55,504 nucleotides of DNA. Origin: an uncultured Rhodospirillaceae bacterium (GTDB taxonomy: Bacteria; Pseudomonadota; Alphaproteobacteria; GCA-2731375). Shown piece after piece: positions 46,138 through 55,490 of the stretch; within the stretch, counting starts at the first letter, position 1; each line of letters begins with the position of its first letter. The stretch lies in assembly GCA_964507245.1 (NCBI GenBank), contig CAZDQC010000006.1, forward strand, positions 1 to 55,504. Direction: 5' to 3'. The notes beneath the pieces are model-generated. The model saw only the letters and a list, made by a program, of their open reading frames with translations, was not told the DNA's origin and did not search any database. Position numbers and translations under genes: made by a program.

Positions 46138-47067
46138 TCAAATGGTCCCCGTGCGTGGATGATGGAAGGGCGGCAGTTCACAGCCCCAGGCCCTCATCTG
46201 CTTACGGATGCGCTGCACCGATGCGATGAAAATTGGTTTCTCTACTTTCTCTACCGTCGACCCCAGTCCAGCCTCGTATGTGATGCGATCGCATTCGACG
46301 TCTGCACGGGTTGCCTCTGAATCGTCCTGAGCCAGCCAGGAACTATGGTAGCCGTTCATTTCTACGTTTTGGATCATCACCGTGACGGCATCCTCGACCT
46401 GCTTTAGTTCCGCTGGGTCTAAATGCGGTACACGCTTCGCCATGTAGTGCCATCCAAAAGCACAATGGCGCACCTCATCGCGCGTGATGCCACGGCTACA
46501 TGCCCGAGCGATGGGATCAATGGTAACATCACTCAAATGCTTGAAAACATCGAAAGCGACTTCCTCGGCGGCACAGACGAGAGCGGCAATCAGAGCTTCT
46601 AGCAAACACTCCGGGTCCAGCGCCATTGCGCGCACCCCATGCGTCACCACATTGCCTTCATATTCGCGCAACGGCGGTGCTTCAATATAACCGCCACAGG
46701 TCTCTGCCATCAGGTAGCAAACCTCAGCATGGCGAGCTTCCTCCTGCGAGCGAATAGTGAAAAACAGACCTAGGTCCGTTTCCCGACTTTCCCGGGCAAA
46801 TCGAATTTGAATTGCTGGGCTTTCTGAAATAGCGCCATATTCCAGCCATGCCCGGCGGCTCCAAGCATTACGCGCGGCCCATAGTTGCTCTTCTGTATAT
46901 TTTGATTTTTCAAATTTATCCCACGGAATGTCCTTGCGAGGGTCCCACTGGTTCTTGGCAGCCGCATGGAAAAGATCTCGAACACTGTTAATCGAGTGTG
47001 AAAGATCAATGGGAAACCGGTTTTCCGGCACATCGAGTATGGTATCAGCTGTCGAAATTTGAGGCAT
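46138..47067 (-). CDS. ferritin-like di-iron carboxylate oxygenase-type protein, paralogue A
   Basis: Canonical E...ExxH...E...ExxH pattern: WLEYGAISES, SQEEARH, CAAEEVAFDV, RDEVRHCAFGWHY. Confidence 0.65.
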   Translation of the reverse strand: MPQISTADTILDVPENRFPIDLSHSINSVRDLFHAAAKNQWDPRKDIPWDKFEKSKYTEEQLWAARNAWSRRAWLEYGAISESPAIQIRFARESRETDLGLFFTIRSQEEARHAEVCYLMAETCGGYIEAPPLREYEGNVVTHGVRAMALDPECLLEALIAALVCAAEEVAFDVFKHLSDVTIDPIARACSRGITRDEVRHCAFGWHYMAKRVPHLDPAELKQVEDAVTVMIQNVEMNGYHSSWLAQDDSEATRADVECDRITYEAGLGSTVEKVEKPIFIASVQRIRKQMRAWGCELPPFHHPRTGTI

Positions 47068-47200
47068 AACAACATCTAAGGTTAGTTAAAGGCCCGGCAG
47101 TTGACGTCGTAGTCCTAGTTACCAAACCAATTTCAGAGATCCTGACAACCCGCGAATGCAAAAGAAATGTGAAGTCTCCCATTCTTCGTAACCATCTCGC

Positions 47201-47629
47201 CTATGCATATATCCTATCTGCAACCCCATAAATGAGAACGGTCCATACAATTGCAAAGCAAAGGGGTGCGAGGTAACCCTCTTTAGACATTTTCTCACCA
47301 TTTGTTGTTCTGAAGTCCGACATTTCGACGGTCCAATACCCAATAATTAACGCGGTTATCGATTGCAGAAACCCATAAGCAAAGATCATCCAATGTCCCG
47401 AAATTCCGTCGAACAACATGTAAATCATGACAATAACAAATGGCAACATGAACGTTCCTGAAAAGCGTGTCATGAAAGCACCAGACTGGTCGATACCATA
47501 TTTTTGAAGAAAATTTCTTGTCATAAATATTGTTTGAAAACAATAAAAAGCAATTCCTACCAAAATAATTACGTAAATCGCCAAAAATATTACACCATTG
47601 AATTCTTCAACCATAATAGATATCCCCAA
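47201..47629 (-). CDS. hypothetical small integral membrane protein (about 4 TM segments)
   Basis: 142 aa with four hydrophobic stretches (VIFLAIYVIILVGIAFYCF, FMLPFVIVMIYMLF, WMIFAYGFLQSITALIIGYW, LAPLCFAIVWTVLIYGV). Very A+T-rich coding sequence. Confidence 0.5.
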   Translation of the reverse strand: MGISIMVEEFNGVIFLAIYVIILVGIAFYCFQTIFMTRNFLQKYGIDQSGAFMTRFSGTFMLPFVIVMIYMLFDGISGHWMIFAYGFLQSITALIIGYWTVEMSDFRTTNGEKMSKEGYLAPLCFAIVWTVLIYGVADRIYA

Positions 47630-47862
47630 TATTCACACTAGGTTTTTAACAAATATTGTATATTAAAACTAGAGCTAGCAAGCTAACAGATACTATCCTA
47701 ATGCCATTATTTTGAAAAGGCGATAGGTTTATAGCCGTTATTGAAAATTCTTTTCGTGTATTGGATATTTGGTCGCTAACCAGAGCTGGCTGCAAGGAGC
47801 GAAAACGAAAAATTACTTGTGCAATTATCCCGATGTTTCCCAAACTCGCCGGCATCAAGCAA

Positions 47863-48624
47863 CTAGGTAATCTCCGCCGGGGCCTGCGGTACTAAACCCC
47901 AAAATTCCGGATCGTGTCCAAAATAAATCCGCACACCCGCCTGTTGCAGAATTCGAATGCGTTTCAAGCTTTCTAGCATTTCTTCGCGGTCGTGAACTAC
48001 CTTAGGCAGGTGTAAATGTTCTAGCGTCTGACGCAAATAACAGGCATCGCCAGCCAACAGTACATCGCCGGTACTCAGCCGCACCTTCAGGGATTGATGC
48101 CCTGGCGTGTGGCCGTAAGTGGGAATGCAGATAACGCTGCCGTCGCCGAAAAGGTCATGTTCGCCGTCAATCAGTTTCATATCATGGCCATGGTCGTAGT
48201 CGGCTAGCGAAAATCCGTTTGTTTTCATTAGGTCCGGATCATGGCCCGCCTGCCATTCCCGCGCCTGCACTATCAGTTGGGCATTTGTCACCTGGTAGTT
48301 GCCACCAGCGTGATCGAAGTGCAGATGAGAATTTATCAAATAACGCACTTTAGCAACGTCTACGCCACAGCATTCCAACCGAGCTCCAAGTTCTTCTCCA
48401 GCCCTGAACTCGGGCCTAAAATGCTTGGTGATAATCTGTGCCCGCCTATCTACCGGGTCCTGCAAGTCCGCATGCAATCCACTATCGAATAGCGCCTGGC
48501 CTTTGGGGTGGTCAATTAGATAGCACGGTACCGGCAGTCGAATTTCGCCCTCTTCGCCATCCAGGAACATCTCCATCGGCATAGTCAACCAGCCACAGGT
48601 CATGGCGTAAAGGCGAACGGTCAT
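47863..48624 (-). CDS. MBL-fold metallo-hydrolase, N-acyl-homoserine-lactonase-like family
   Basis: HxHxDH motif NSHLHFDHAGGN. The N-terminal YAMTCGWLTMPMEMFL...PVPCYLIDHPKG pattern is typical of AiiB/AttM-like lactonases. Confidence 0.85.
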   Translation of the reverse strand: MTVRLYAMTCGWLTMPMEMFLDGEEGEIRLPVPCYLIDHPKGQALFDSGLHADLQDPVDRRAQIITKHFRPEFRAGEELGARLECCGVDVAKVRYLINSHLHFDHAGGNYQVTNAQLIVQAREWQAGHDPDLMKTNGFSLADYDHGHDMKLIDGEHDLFGDGSVICIPTYGHTPGHQSLKVRLSTGDVLLAGDACYLRQTLEHLHLPKVVHDREEMLESLKRIRILQQAGVRIYFGHDPEFWGLVPQAPAEIT

Positions 48625-48867
48625 CTCGATTGATCCTTATTATGTTGTCAGACCCAAAGCATAATTCGGCTGGTTATAACAGAGCCAATAGCTTCAAGAC
48701 TTGAACGATGCTTGCATTTGAGTTCTGGCCAAAGCTAGCGACGCCGACGGTAGTCTCTATTTTCTGGTAACAAGATATTTGAGATCACTTAACAGTTTAT
48801 CTGATTGTGATTGTGAAGATTCTTGATTTGGCTTGGTCCAAATGCAACGGCTATGGCCCTGCGCCAA

Positions 48868-49917
48868 TTATTTGTAACGTGAACCTTCTTGCAGTTCTTT
48901 GCCTGGCCGGGCAATTGCAGACACTGCCCGACCTAAGTCAACCTTACCGACGATCGCGTCATTATCGTCAATAACAACACCTGTACTTTCTTTGGCACTA
49001 ATTAAGATCTGCAATGCATCTTCTATTGGCATGGTTAATGTAAGTTTAGGGCCCGATGCGTTGACCGTTTTTTCCATAATCGACCGCACCTCAATGACCC
49101 TACTTCGGTTAATATCCTTAATAAAATCGGCAATATAATCATCCGCCGGATTCATAATTATTTCTTGCGGATCACCTAGTTGGATTACGACGCCATCCCG
49201 TAGGATTGCGATCTGATCACCAATCCTCAAAGCTTCATCCAGATCATGGGTTATGAAAATAATGGTTTTGTGTAATTCTTCCTGTAAACCCAGCAAGACA
49301 TCTTGCATATCTGTTCGGATAAGCGGATCCAGTGCTGAAAAAGCTTCATCCATGAGAAGAATTTCTGCATCTGTCGCCATCGCACGGGCTAAACCTACCC
49401 GTTGCCGCATACCTCCAGACAGTTGAGCCGGATAATGACTTTCAAACCCAGCAAGGCCCACTCGTTCAATCCAGTGCTGGCTTCGCTCGTATGCAGCAGT
49501 CCCTTTGACACCCTGAATAGTCAAACCATAGGCAACATTTTGAGTTACCGTACGGTGTGGTAGTAAGCCGAAATTCTGGAAAACCATAGATGTCGTGTGT
49601 CGCCGAAATTCACGCAACCGCAACTGCGACATTGCCAAGACATCTTCACCATCAATTACTACTTCCCCTGAGGTTGGTTCAATCAAGCGATTAATGTGCC
49701 GAATTAGTGTAGACTTACCTGATCCAGAAAGCCCCATAATCACCTGTATACGATGCGCCGGCACATCAATATTGATATCTCTCAGGCCTAGTACGTGTCC
49801 ATGTTGATCCAACAAATCATGCTTAGAAATTCCATCTTGAACCAATCCCATCACGCCATTCGGATTAGGCCCAAAAATCTTAAATAGGTTAGAAATCGTG
49901 ACTTTTACATCAGTCAT
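48868..49917 (-). CDS. proV: glycine-betaine/proline-betaine-type ABC transporter ATPase with C-terminal CBS domains
   Basis: Walker A GLSGSGKST, signature LSGGMRQRVGLARA, and a CBS-like tail. ATG 49917 overlaps the proW stop (ATGACTGA). Confidence 0.9.
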   Translation of the reverse strand: MTDVKVTISNLFKIFGPNPNGVMGLVQDGISKHDLLDQHGHVLGLRDINIDVPAHRIQVIMGLSGSGKSTLIRHINRLIEPTSGEVVIDGEDVLAMSQLRLREFRRHTTSMVFQNFGLLPHRTVTQNVAYGLTIQGVKGTAAYERSQHWIERVGLAGFESHYPAQLSGGMRQRVGLARAMATDAEILLMDEAFSALDPLIRTDMQDVLLGLQEELHKTIIFITHDLDEALRIGDQIAILRDGVVIQLGDPQEIIMNPADDYIADFIKDINRSRVIEVRSIMEKTVNASGPKLTLTMPIEDALQILISAKESTGVVIDDNDAIVGKVDLGRAVSAIARPGKELQEGSRYK

Positions 49918-50800
49918 GAAGGATTCCCTGACGATGCTGTTGCAATCGCTGGCCATATCTCTGGGATACGCGGTCGAAGATGACGGCAAGCGCCACAATC
50001 GCAAGCCCATTCAATAATCCAAGTGCTAGATATTGGTTACTGATTGCGCGCAGAACTGGCAAACCAAGACCCTTCACCCCAATCATTGACGCAATGACCA
50101 CCATGGCCAGGGCCATCATGATGGTTTGGTTAACACCGGCAAAAATATTTGGTAAAGCGAGCGGCATTTGCACGCCAAACAGGCGCTGCCAGTAACTTGC
50201 ACCGAACGCATCAGCTGCCTCTAGGATTTCTTTGTCAACTAAACGTATGCCAAGATTAGTCAGGCGCACGATGGGTGGCATCGCATAAATGCATACCGCT
50301 ATCAACCCAGGCACCTTCCCTATACCCAGAAGCATTACCACCGGAATTAGATATACGAAACTTGGAATTGTCTGCATAACGTCAAGAACTGGCGTAATAA
50401 CCATTTGCACGCGATCCGAACGCGCCATCCAAATACCGAGAGGAATTCCGAAGCTGATACAAAGCAATGTCGCTACTGAAATGATGGCCAGGGTTGCCAT
50501 CGTGTCTTCCCACATGCCCAAATAGCCAATAACAATAAAGCATAATGCGGTGCCAACGACAATGAGCCAGCTGCGGGCGCCAATCCATGTTAGACCAACA
50601 ATTACCAGAATGACGATGGGCCAAGGGGTATTGATTAAGAGTCTTTCTAACCAAACAAGAAAAAACAATAGAGGCTCAAAAAAATTTTCGAGCCCTTCAC
50701 CATAAGCGCGTGAAAAATCACGAAAGCCAAGATCAATGGCCTTTTTCATGTCGCGCAATTCCTGGCGCTCCATTGTCGGAAATTCGTCGAGCCAGTCCAT
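49910..50800 (-). CDS. proW: glycine-betaine/proline-betaine-type ABC transporter permease
   Basis: 296 aa, multi-TM, with the BPD-transport EAA-loop region EAADAFGASYWQRLFGVQMPLALP. Confidence 0.9.
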   Translation of the reverse strand: MDWLDEFPTMERQELRDMKKAIDLGFRDFSRAYGEGLENFFEPLLFFLVWLERLLINTPWPIVILVIVGLTWIGARSWLIVVGTALCFIVIGYLGMWEDTMATLAIISVATLLCISFGIPLGIWMARSDRVQMVITPVLDVMQTIPSFVYLIPVVMLLGIGKVPGLIAVCIYAMPPIVRLTNLGIRLVDKEILEAADAFGASYWQRLFGVQMPLALPNIFAGVNQTIMMALAMVVIASMIGVKGLGLPVLRAISNQYLALGLLNGLAIVALAVIFDRVSQRYGQRLQQHRQGILHD

Positions 50801-50880
50801 TAATTAAGTCTCGTCACAAACGAGCACAGTCGGGCCTGCTGAACCAATTCGGCTAGCAGGCCCGAAACTTATGCTAATTT

Positions 50881-51888
50881 TTATAAACCAGCCTTAACTT
50901 TTGCAGCGACGTCTGCCGGAACCCATTTAGTCCACACGGCTTCGTGCTTCTTCAAAAATTCCACAGCCGCGTCTGCGCCACCAGCTTGGTTGTCACCCAT
51001 GTAAACTAGCATGCCGTTCATGACATCACCGGGGTAAACACGATTCTTTAGAAATTCTGCGCCGGCCCCACTACGTTTCATAAATTTATCTGTAACGACG
51101 GTGTTCACGACAGACTTAGTCCAGGCGGATGGTTTCGGATCAGCACATTCCTGTTCTGGCTTAACGATGCAGCCATCCCAGTTTTCCTTGCCGGCGAAGG
51201 GCACTCCGAAATCAAGCTTAACCATTTTATATTTACCGATCATAGCGGTCGGTGACCAGTAATACCCGAACCAGTTCTCGCCGCGCTCAACGGCCTTAGC
51301 CATAGAACCGTCTAAACCTGCCGCTGAGCCTGGATCAACTAGAATCCAGCCCTTCTTTTTCATCTCGAAAGCTCTAAACAGGTTATTATTGGCCAGTTGG
51401 CATCCCCAACCTGCAGGGCAACCTATAAACGCGCCCTTTGAAGAATCTTCTGGATGCGGGAACAACTGAGGATTATTCAAGACATCAAGTGCAGTCTTCA
51501 GTTCAGGGTGCTTTTTCACGGTGTGAGGAGGAAGCCACCAGCCTTCTCCAAGCCCAGTAATTGGACCGGTATTAACGGCATGCAGACGACCCTCAGCAAC
51601 TGCCTTTTTCAGAGGATTGGCAACGGCATTTGCCCAAAGTTCACCAGCGATGTCCGGTTGTCCTTTTTCATTCATCGAGGTGAATGTCGGCATTGTCGCG
51701 CCAGCCACCATCTCAACACTGCAGCCATAGCCCTTTTCCAAGATAATTTTATCAACATTGGCCATAAATTCTGCTGATGCCCAGTTCATTTCGGCAATAG
51801 TGATATTGCCGCAGCCTGCGTTTGCCTGGGTAGAAATTCCCAGCATCAACGCTAAACTGCAAATCGTTGAAATCAAAACCCTACTCAT
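50881..51888 (-). CDS. proX: glycine-betaine-type ABC transporter substrate-binding protein
   Basis: Signal peptide MSRVLISTICSLALMLGISTQANA. ProX/OpuAC-like body rich in Trp (NWASAEF, GEGWWLP, FGYYWSP), consistent with an aromatic cage for quaternary amines. Confidence 0.85.
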   Translation of the reverse strand: MSRVLISTICSLALMLGISTQANAGCGNITIAEMNWASAEFMANVDKIILEKGYGCSVEMVAGATMPTFTSMNEKGQPDIAGELWANAVANPLKKAVAEGRLHAVNTGPITGLGEGWWLPPHTVKKHPELKTALDVLNNPQLFPHPEDSSKGAFIGCPAGWGCQLANNNLFRAFEMKKKGWILVDPGSAAGLDGSMAKAVERGENWFGYYWSPTAMIGKYKMVKLDFGVPFAGKENWDGCIVKPEQECADPKPSAWTKSVVNTVVTDKFMKRSGAGAEFLKNRVYPGDVMNGMLVYMGDNQAGGADAAVEFLKKHEAVWTKWVPADVAAKVKAGL

Positions 51889-52380
51889 AGTTTATGCCTC
51901 CTCGTTGAATTTCTTATTTTCTTTCAATGCAATTTGTACCCAAATTTCTCCAAGCTTGGAAGAACTAAGATTAGACCTACTTATTTGTACAATATAGCAA
52001 TCTGCTCCTTTTGTATTCCAGTCTCTAACCACACCGCCAAATGTATTTTGAATTTGATAGATTTTGCCAACGGTTATTGGGCTATCGAAATACACCACCA
52101 GTATTGGCTCAGTGCATAATTGGATGCTGCCTGATCAACAAAATCTGTCACTACCAGTTCAAACCCAAATACGAAAAGTCGAACGTAGTCATTTCCATGC
52201 CCTTCTCCCGGCACATACACAAACCATGGCTATGAACACCATCCCATTCGGCCAGCATTTTTTGATCGGGCTAAGGGTGCTGCGTTCACCACACTTTCAA
52301 ATGCCCCTTCCAGCACAGATTGAGCAAGCGTTCTTAATTCTCTGAATCTAAATTACGTTTCTAGCAAAGGAGCTAATTCT

Positions 52381-53013
52381 CTAGCAATTGTCAATTAGTC
52401 CCGCACCAGCACCTTTTGCGCGAGATATTTCGCTTGACGTCACATATGTCTTAGCAGCTAACGCTTCTATAGCCCGCCAGGCTTCCATGCCGATCTCAAT
52501 ATCGTTGGTCCGTGTGTTTGCAATGCCGGTTGTTTGATTAGATTGACGACAGGTCATAAACACATCAGTCCCTTCCTTGGGAGGTGAACCCCGTAGACTT
52601 AAACCTTGTTTCGATATAGATGCCGTGGCCCCACCCGAAAATCTAAGAATTAGTTCAATACCAAAATCTTGGCACCCAATACCCGCCTGTCCCATTAAGA
52701 GGAATGGTGAGTCTACATTGCAAAGGTGTATTTCATCTACCGATGCATCGCTGGCCAGGAGATCGACACTCGAAGGTCCGCAAAAGGCAACACGCGCCTC
52801 TAAAAATATCTGAGTATGACCCTCCCTTATTTTAGCCCCTGGTCTATTAAATCCTTCCTTAATTGCCATCAATACTGCGCCAACACCGTCCTGGTCCTGA
52901 CCGATAAGCCATGCGCCAGCCTGTGAGGCATCTTCCGCCAAACCAACTGGCAAGCCTGTTCCTATTGCTGCCTTCTTGAGCATGTCCTTGATCTCGTTCA
53001 GCGAGAAAATCAA
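52381..53013 (-). CDS. hypothetical protein, possibly DUF3726-like
   Basis: 210 aa. The N-terminal SLNEIKDMLKKAAIGTGLPVGLAEDASQAGAWL and C-terminal SRAKGAGAGLIDN resemble what I recall of DUF3726, but this is unverified. The TTG start overlaps the upstream stop (TTGA); the first ATG is 30 nt in. Confidence 0.45.
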   Translation of the reverse strand: MIFSLNEIKDMLKKAAIGTGLPVGLAEDASQAGAWLIGQDQDGVGAVLMAIKEGFNRPGAKIREGHTQIFLEARVAFCGPSSVDLLASDASVDEIHLCNVDSPFLLMGQAGIGCQDFGIELILRFSGGATASISKQGLSLRGSPPKEGTDVFMTCRQSNQTTGIANTRTNDIEIGMEAWRAIEALAAKTYVTSSEISRAKGAGAGLIDNC

Positions 53014-54710
53014 AGATCATTTCCAATTACTGGAAGCCACCAATCATCGGCGCGATTGCTCGAAATTTCGCCAATTAGTGGCGCCCCTTGAAATAATGCG
53101 ATACGGGTCCATCGATCTGATTTTGGGTCAAATTTCGAAGCACCAAAGAATGAAAGTTTGCAACGAAGCATATCAATCGGCATGCAGTCTTCACCAATCA
53201 AGTTGTCGCGGATTTCAGAATATAGGTGAATTTCAGTCGCTTGTACGCGCCTCGTAATGTAGCGATGGCATGGATGTTGAATGAGAAATTCTGCAACCGT
53301 ATTTGCGTTTGGTGTTAGTTTTAGATCACTGGCCAATGACTGAACACGTCTTGCCAAATCAAGTGGAAGTTCCAGATCGGCTCCTGGCTCTTCCAAACGG
53401 ACGCCTAGCCGCGGCTCTAACTTCTCTTCGGATACATACCAAAAATAATGTTCTGCTGCCGCCTTCTCAAAATCTATGTCTAGAGCCCACTGATAATTTT
53501 TTTCAATCAATTCACTCAACTCAGCAACAGATTTTGCAGGCCCAAGAAGAAGCGTAGAGTTGCTTGACATTTCGTCAGCAAGATCATCGATTAACTGACC
53601 ATGGGGTTCCATAATTAGTGCAACGATGAGTTCTTGGCATTCTTGAGACCAACAAGCAGAATGCCGTACCAAACGGTCCCAGGGATAGGGCGCTTCTAGA
53701 CCTCCGAGAGTTGTCCAAGTTTCAACCTCTTTAAATTCACGCCTCAAAGTTTTAATGCGACCCATCTGGCGCACATCTTCCACATTCCATTGGTCAAGAT
53801 GTCGCCGCGCACGGATGATGAGTTTTCTAATATTTTTTTCACATTCCGTGTCTGAAATTTCAATGGCCCTCAATCGGGCAAGCGCAGTTTCCCGCGCCAT
53901 CATCCAGTTGTTAATTAGGATGGGATGATTGACAAGAAAAGGGGCCATGCCAAGGCCGGTTGCATTGCCTATACCCAAATGCCGCATTAGTCGCCGGTCA
54001 AGTGGTTTAAATGTCTCGGGGGCCCGACATTTGGCAATATATTCCACAAGATCGTGTGTAAACCCCCGTATCAACCATACCGTTAGCATTTCTGCCTGAA
54101 ATGGAGCAAGAAATCCTGGTCGGTCGACGATACGTTGCCGATCAGCAGTTCCAAATTTACCATTTCCATAGACTGCCGTTGTGCGCATTAAGTAACCAAC
54201 TGATGAGATCAAATCTTCGTCGGGTTGTTTACCGTTTGCTAAATTATCAACAACATGTTCAAAAATGCGCACCGATTTGTTGGCTCGGCTCAATATGAGG
54301 TCGCTTGCCATAAAGCGACCAGCCTCCTGCATTGGTGCATTATTCTCGAGGCGTTCTAACTCAGCCTTGTTAGGAATTCCGTCATAAAGAACGTAGCTGG
54401 TATCCCATGCCTCTGCGATAACTCGATCAGTACGACGCTCCGGCGCAAGTATTATCGAAAAGGCGACAAGACTGTAATAATGTCCGCCAAGACAAACAGA
54501 ATAGATCGCGCGCCCGAAACCTTCTTTATCAATTTCCCACAATGGCCGTATTATTTTAGCCTTTTGATCTGCTAAAAAGCGGATCATAGTGCGCGAGAAA
54601 CTCAGTCTTGTTGGAAAGAAGGCTCCCATGCGGCTAAGGCGCATTACTTCTTCTGCTGGACGTAATGCGACTTGGGGACAGGGTTTGTTAGATTTTGCGC
54701 TTGTTGTCAA
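53010..54710 (-). CDS. conserved-looking hypothetical protein, 566 aa, no family recognised
   Basis: Long uninterrupted ORF with normal protein-like composition and no TM or signal sequence. It is translationally coupled to the 210-aa gene. I found no motif I can assign. Confidence 0.6.
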   Translation of the reverse strand: MTTSAKSNKPCPQVALRPAEEVMRLSRMGAFFPTRLSFSRTMIRFLADQKAKIIRPLWEIDKEGFGRAIYSVCLGGHYYSLVAFSIILAPERRTDRVIAEAWDTSYVLYDGIPNKAELERLENNAPMQEAGRFMASDLILSRANKSVRIFEHVVDNLANGKQPDEDLISSVGYLMRTTAVYGNGKFGTADRQRIVDRPGFLAPFQAEMLTVWLIRGFTHDLVEYIAKCRAPETFKPLDRRLMRHLGIGNATGLGMAPFLVNHPILINNWMMARETALARLRAIEISDTECEKNIRKLIIRARRHLDQWNVEDVRQMGRIKTLRREFKEVETWTTLGGLEAPYPWDRLVRHSACWSQECQELIVALIMEPHGQLIDDLADEMSSNSTLLLGPAKSVAELSELIEKNYQWALDIDFEKAAAEHYFWYVSEEKLEPRLGVRLEEPGADLELPLDLARRVQSLASDLKLTPNANTVAEFLIQHPCHRYITRRVQATEIHLYSEIRDNLIGEDCMPIDMLRCKLSFFGASKFDPKSDRWTRIALFQGAPLIGEISSNRADDWWLPVIGNDL

Positions 54711-55208
54711 TTGGCCGCCTGTCCGAAAGATAGTGTCATAGATGCTAAACCAGCATAATTCTACAATTATCGCAATTTTGTCACGGGAGAAGCTGGCAAT
54801 AAGCAGCCCTAGGCAAGGTTTGCAACGTCTGTATTCTCCCTAATTACATAGGTTACTCAAGCAAACCGAACCCGAATTCTGCACTATTGATATCATTGAA
54901 CCATACGAAACACCGACATTATACGAACCTTTTGCGAAAAACAGTTGCCAGTTAAGCTGGGATTGATTCAACTGGAGGAAAATAGTTTTTTCTTGTTCTT
55001 TTTCACGCTAGAAAAGCCTGTTGAGTGCGGTTTAATTAAATCTTGCTCAGATTTTGGTTTTAAAAAATAATTTTATTGGGTTGTTGATCCCTTAATCTGA
55101 AAAGGCCTTGGTTATACAAGAATAATATGCTAATCGAAGCCAATTATAATGAATTATTAAATTTGCAAGGTTTGAACTCGAACTTGTTTACTGGAGAAAA
55201 TTAAGTCC

Positions 55209-55490
55209 ATGAATAAAAAATCCCTAACCAAAGGCCAGCTACGAAAGCTGAATGCTCTTCGCAAATCTCTTGGCAACCAGATAGCCGACAAAGCCTTCAA
55301 GGAATGGCAAAAGCAGCAAGCAAAGCAGGTTCCTGCCGAAAGAGCCGATCCAGTTGTAAATAAGCTGCTGGCTGCTCTAAAGGGACTAGAAAAAGATAAG
55401 TCGATCAATCTGGGTCGTAAGGGCTATGTGATTAAGCGGGCAAAAGGGCGTGGCGTGAAATCAGGCTTTGTCGTGGAGAAGATAAGTTAA
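55209..55490 (+). CDS. hypothetical small basic (Lys-rich) protein
   Basis: 93 aa starting MNKKSLTKGQLRKLNALRKSLG... with a GGAG about 13 nt upstream. It is preceded by a 500-nt very A+T-rich spacer. Confidence 0.4.
   Translation: MNKKSLTKGQLRKLNALRKSLGNQIADKAFKEWQKQQAKQVPAERADPVVNKLLAALKGLEKDKSINLGRKGYVIKRAKGRGVKSGFVVEKIS

Noticed and set aside
48803-48816. There is a small direct repeat GATTGTGATTGTGA downstream of proV.
   Set aside because: It is only two 6-7-nt units, with no spacer-repeat architecture. This is not a CRISPR array or a meaningful tandem repeat.
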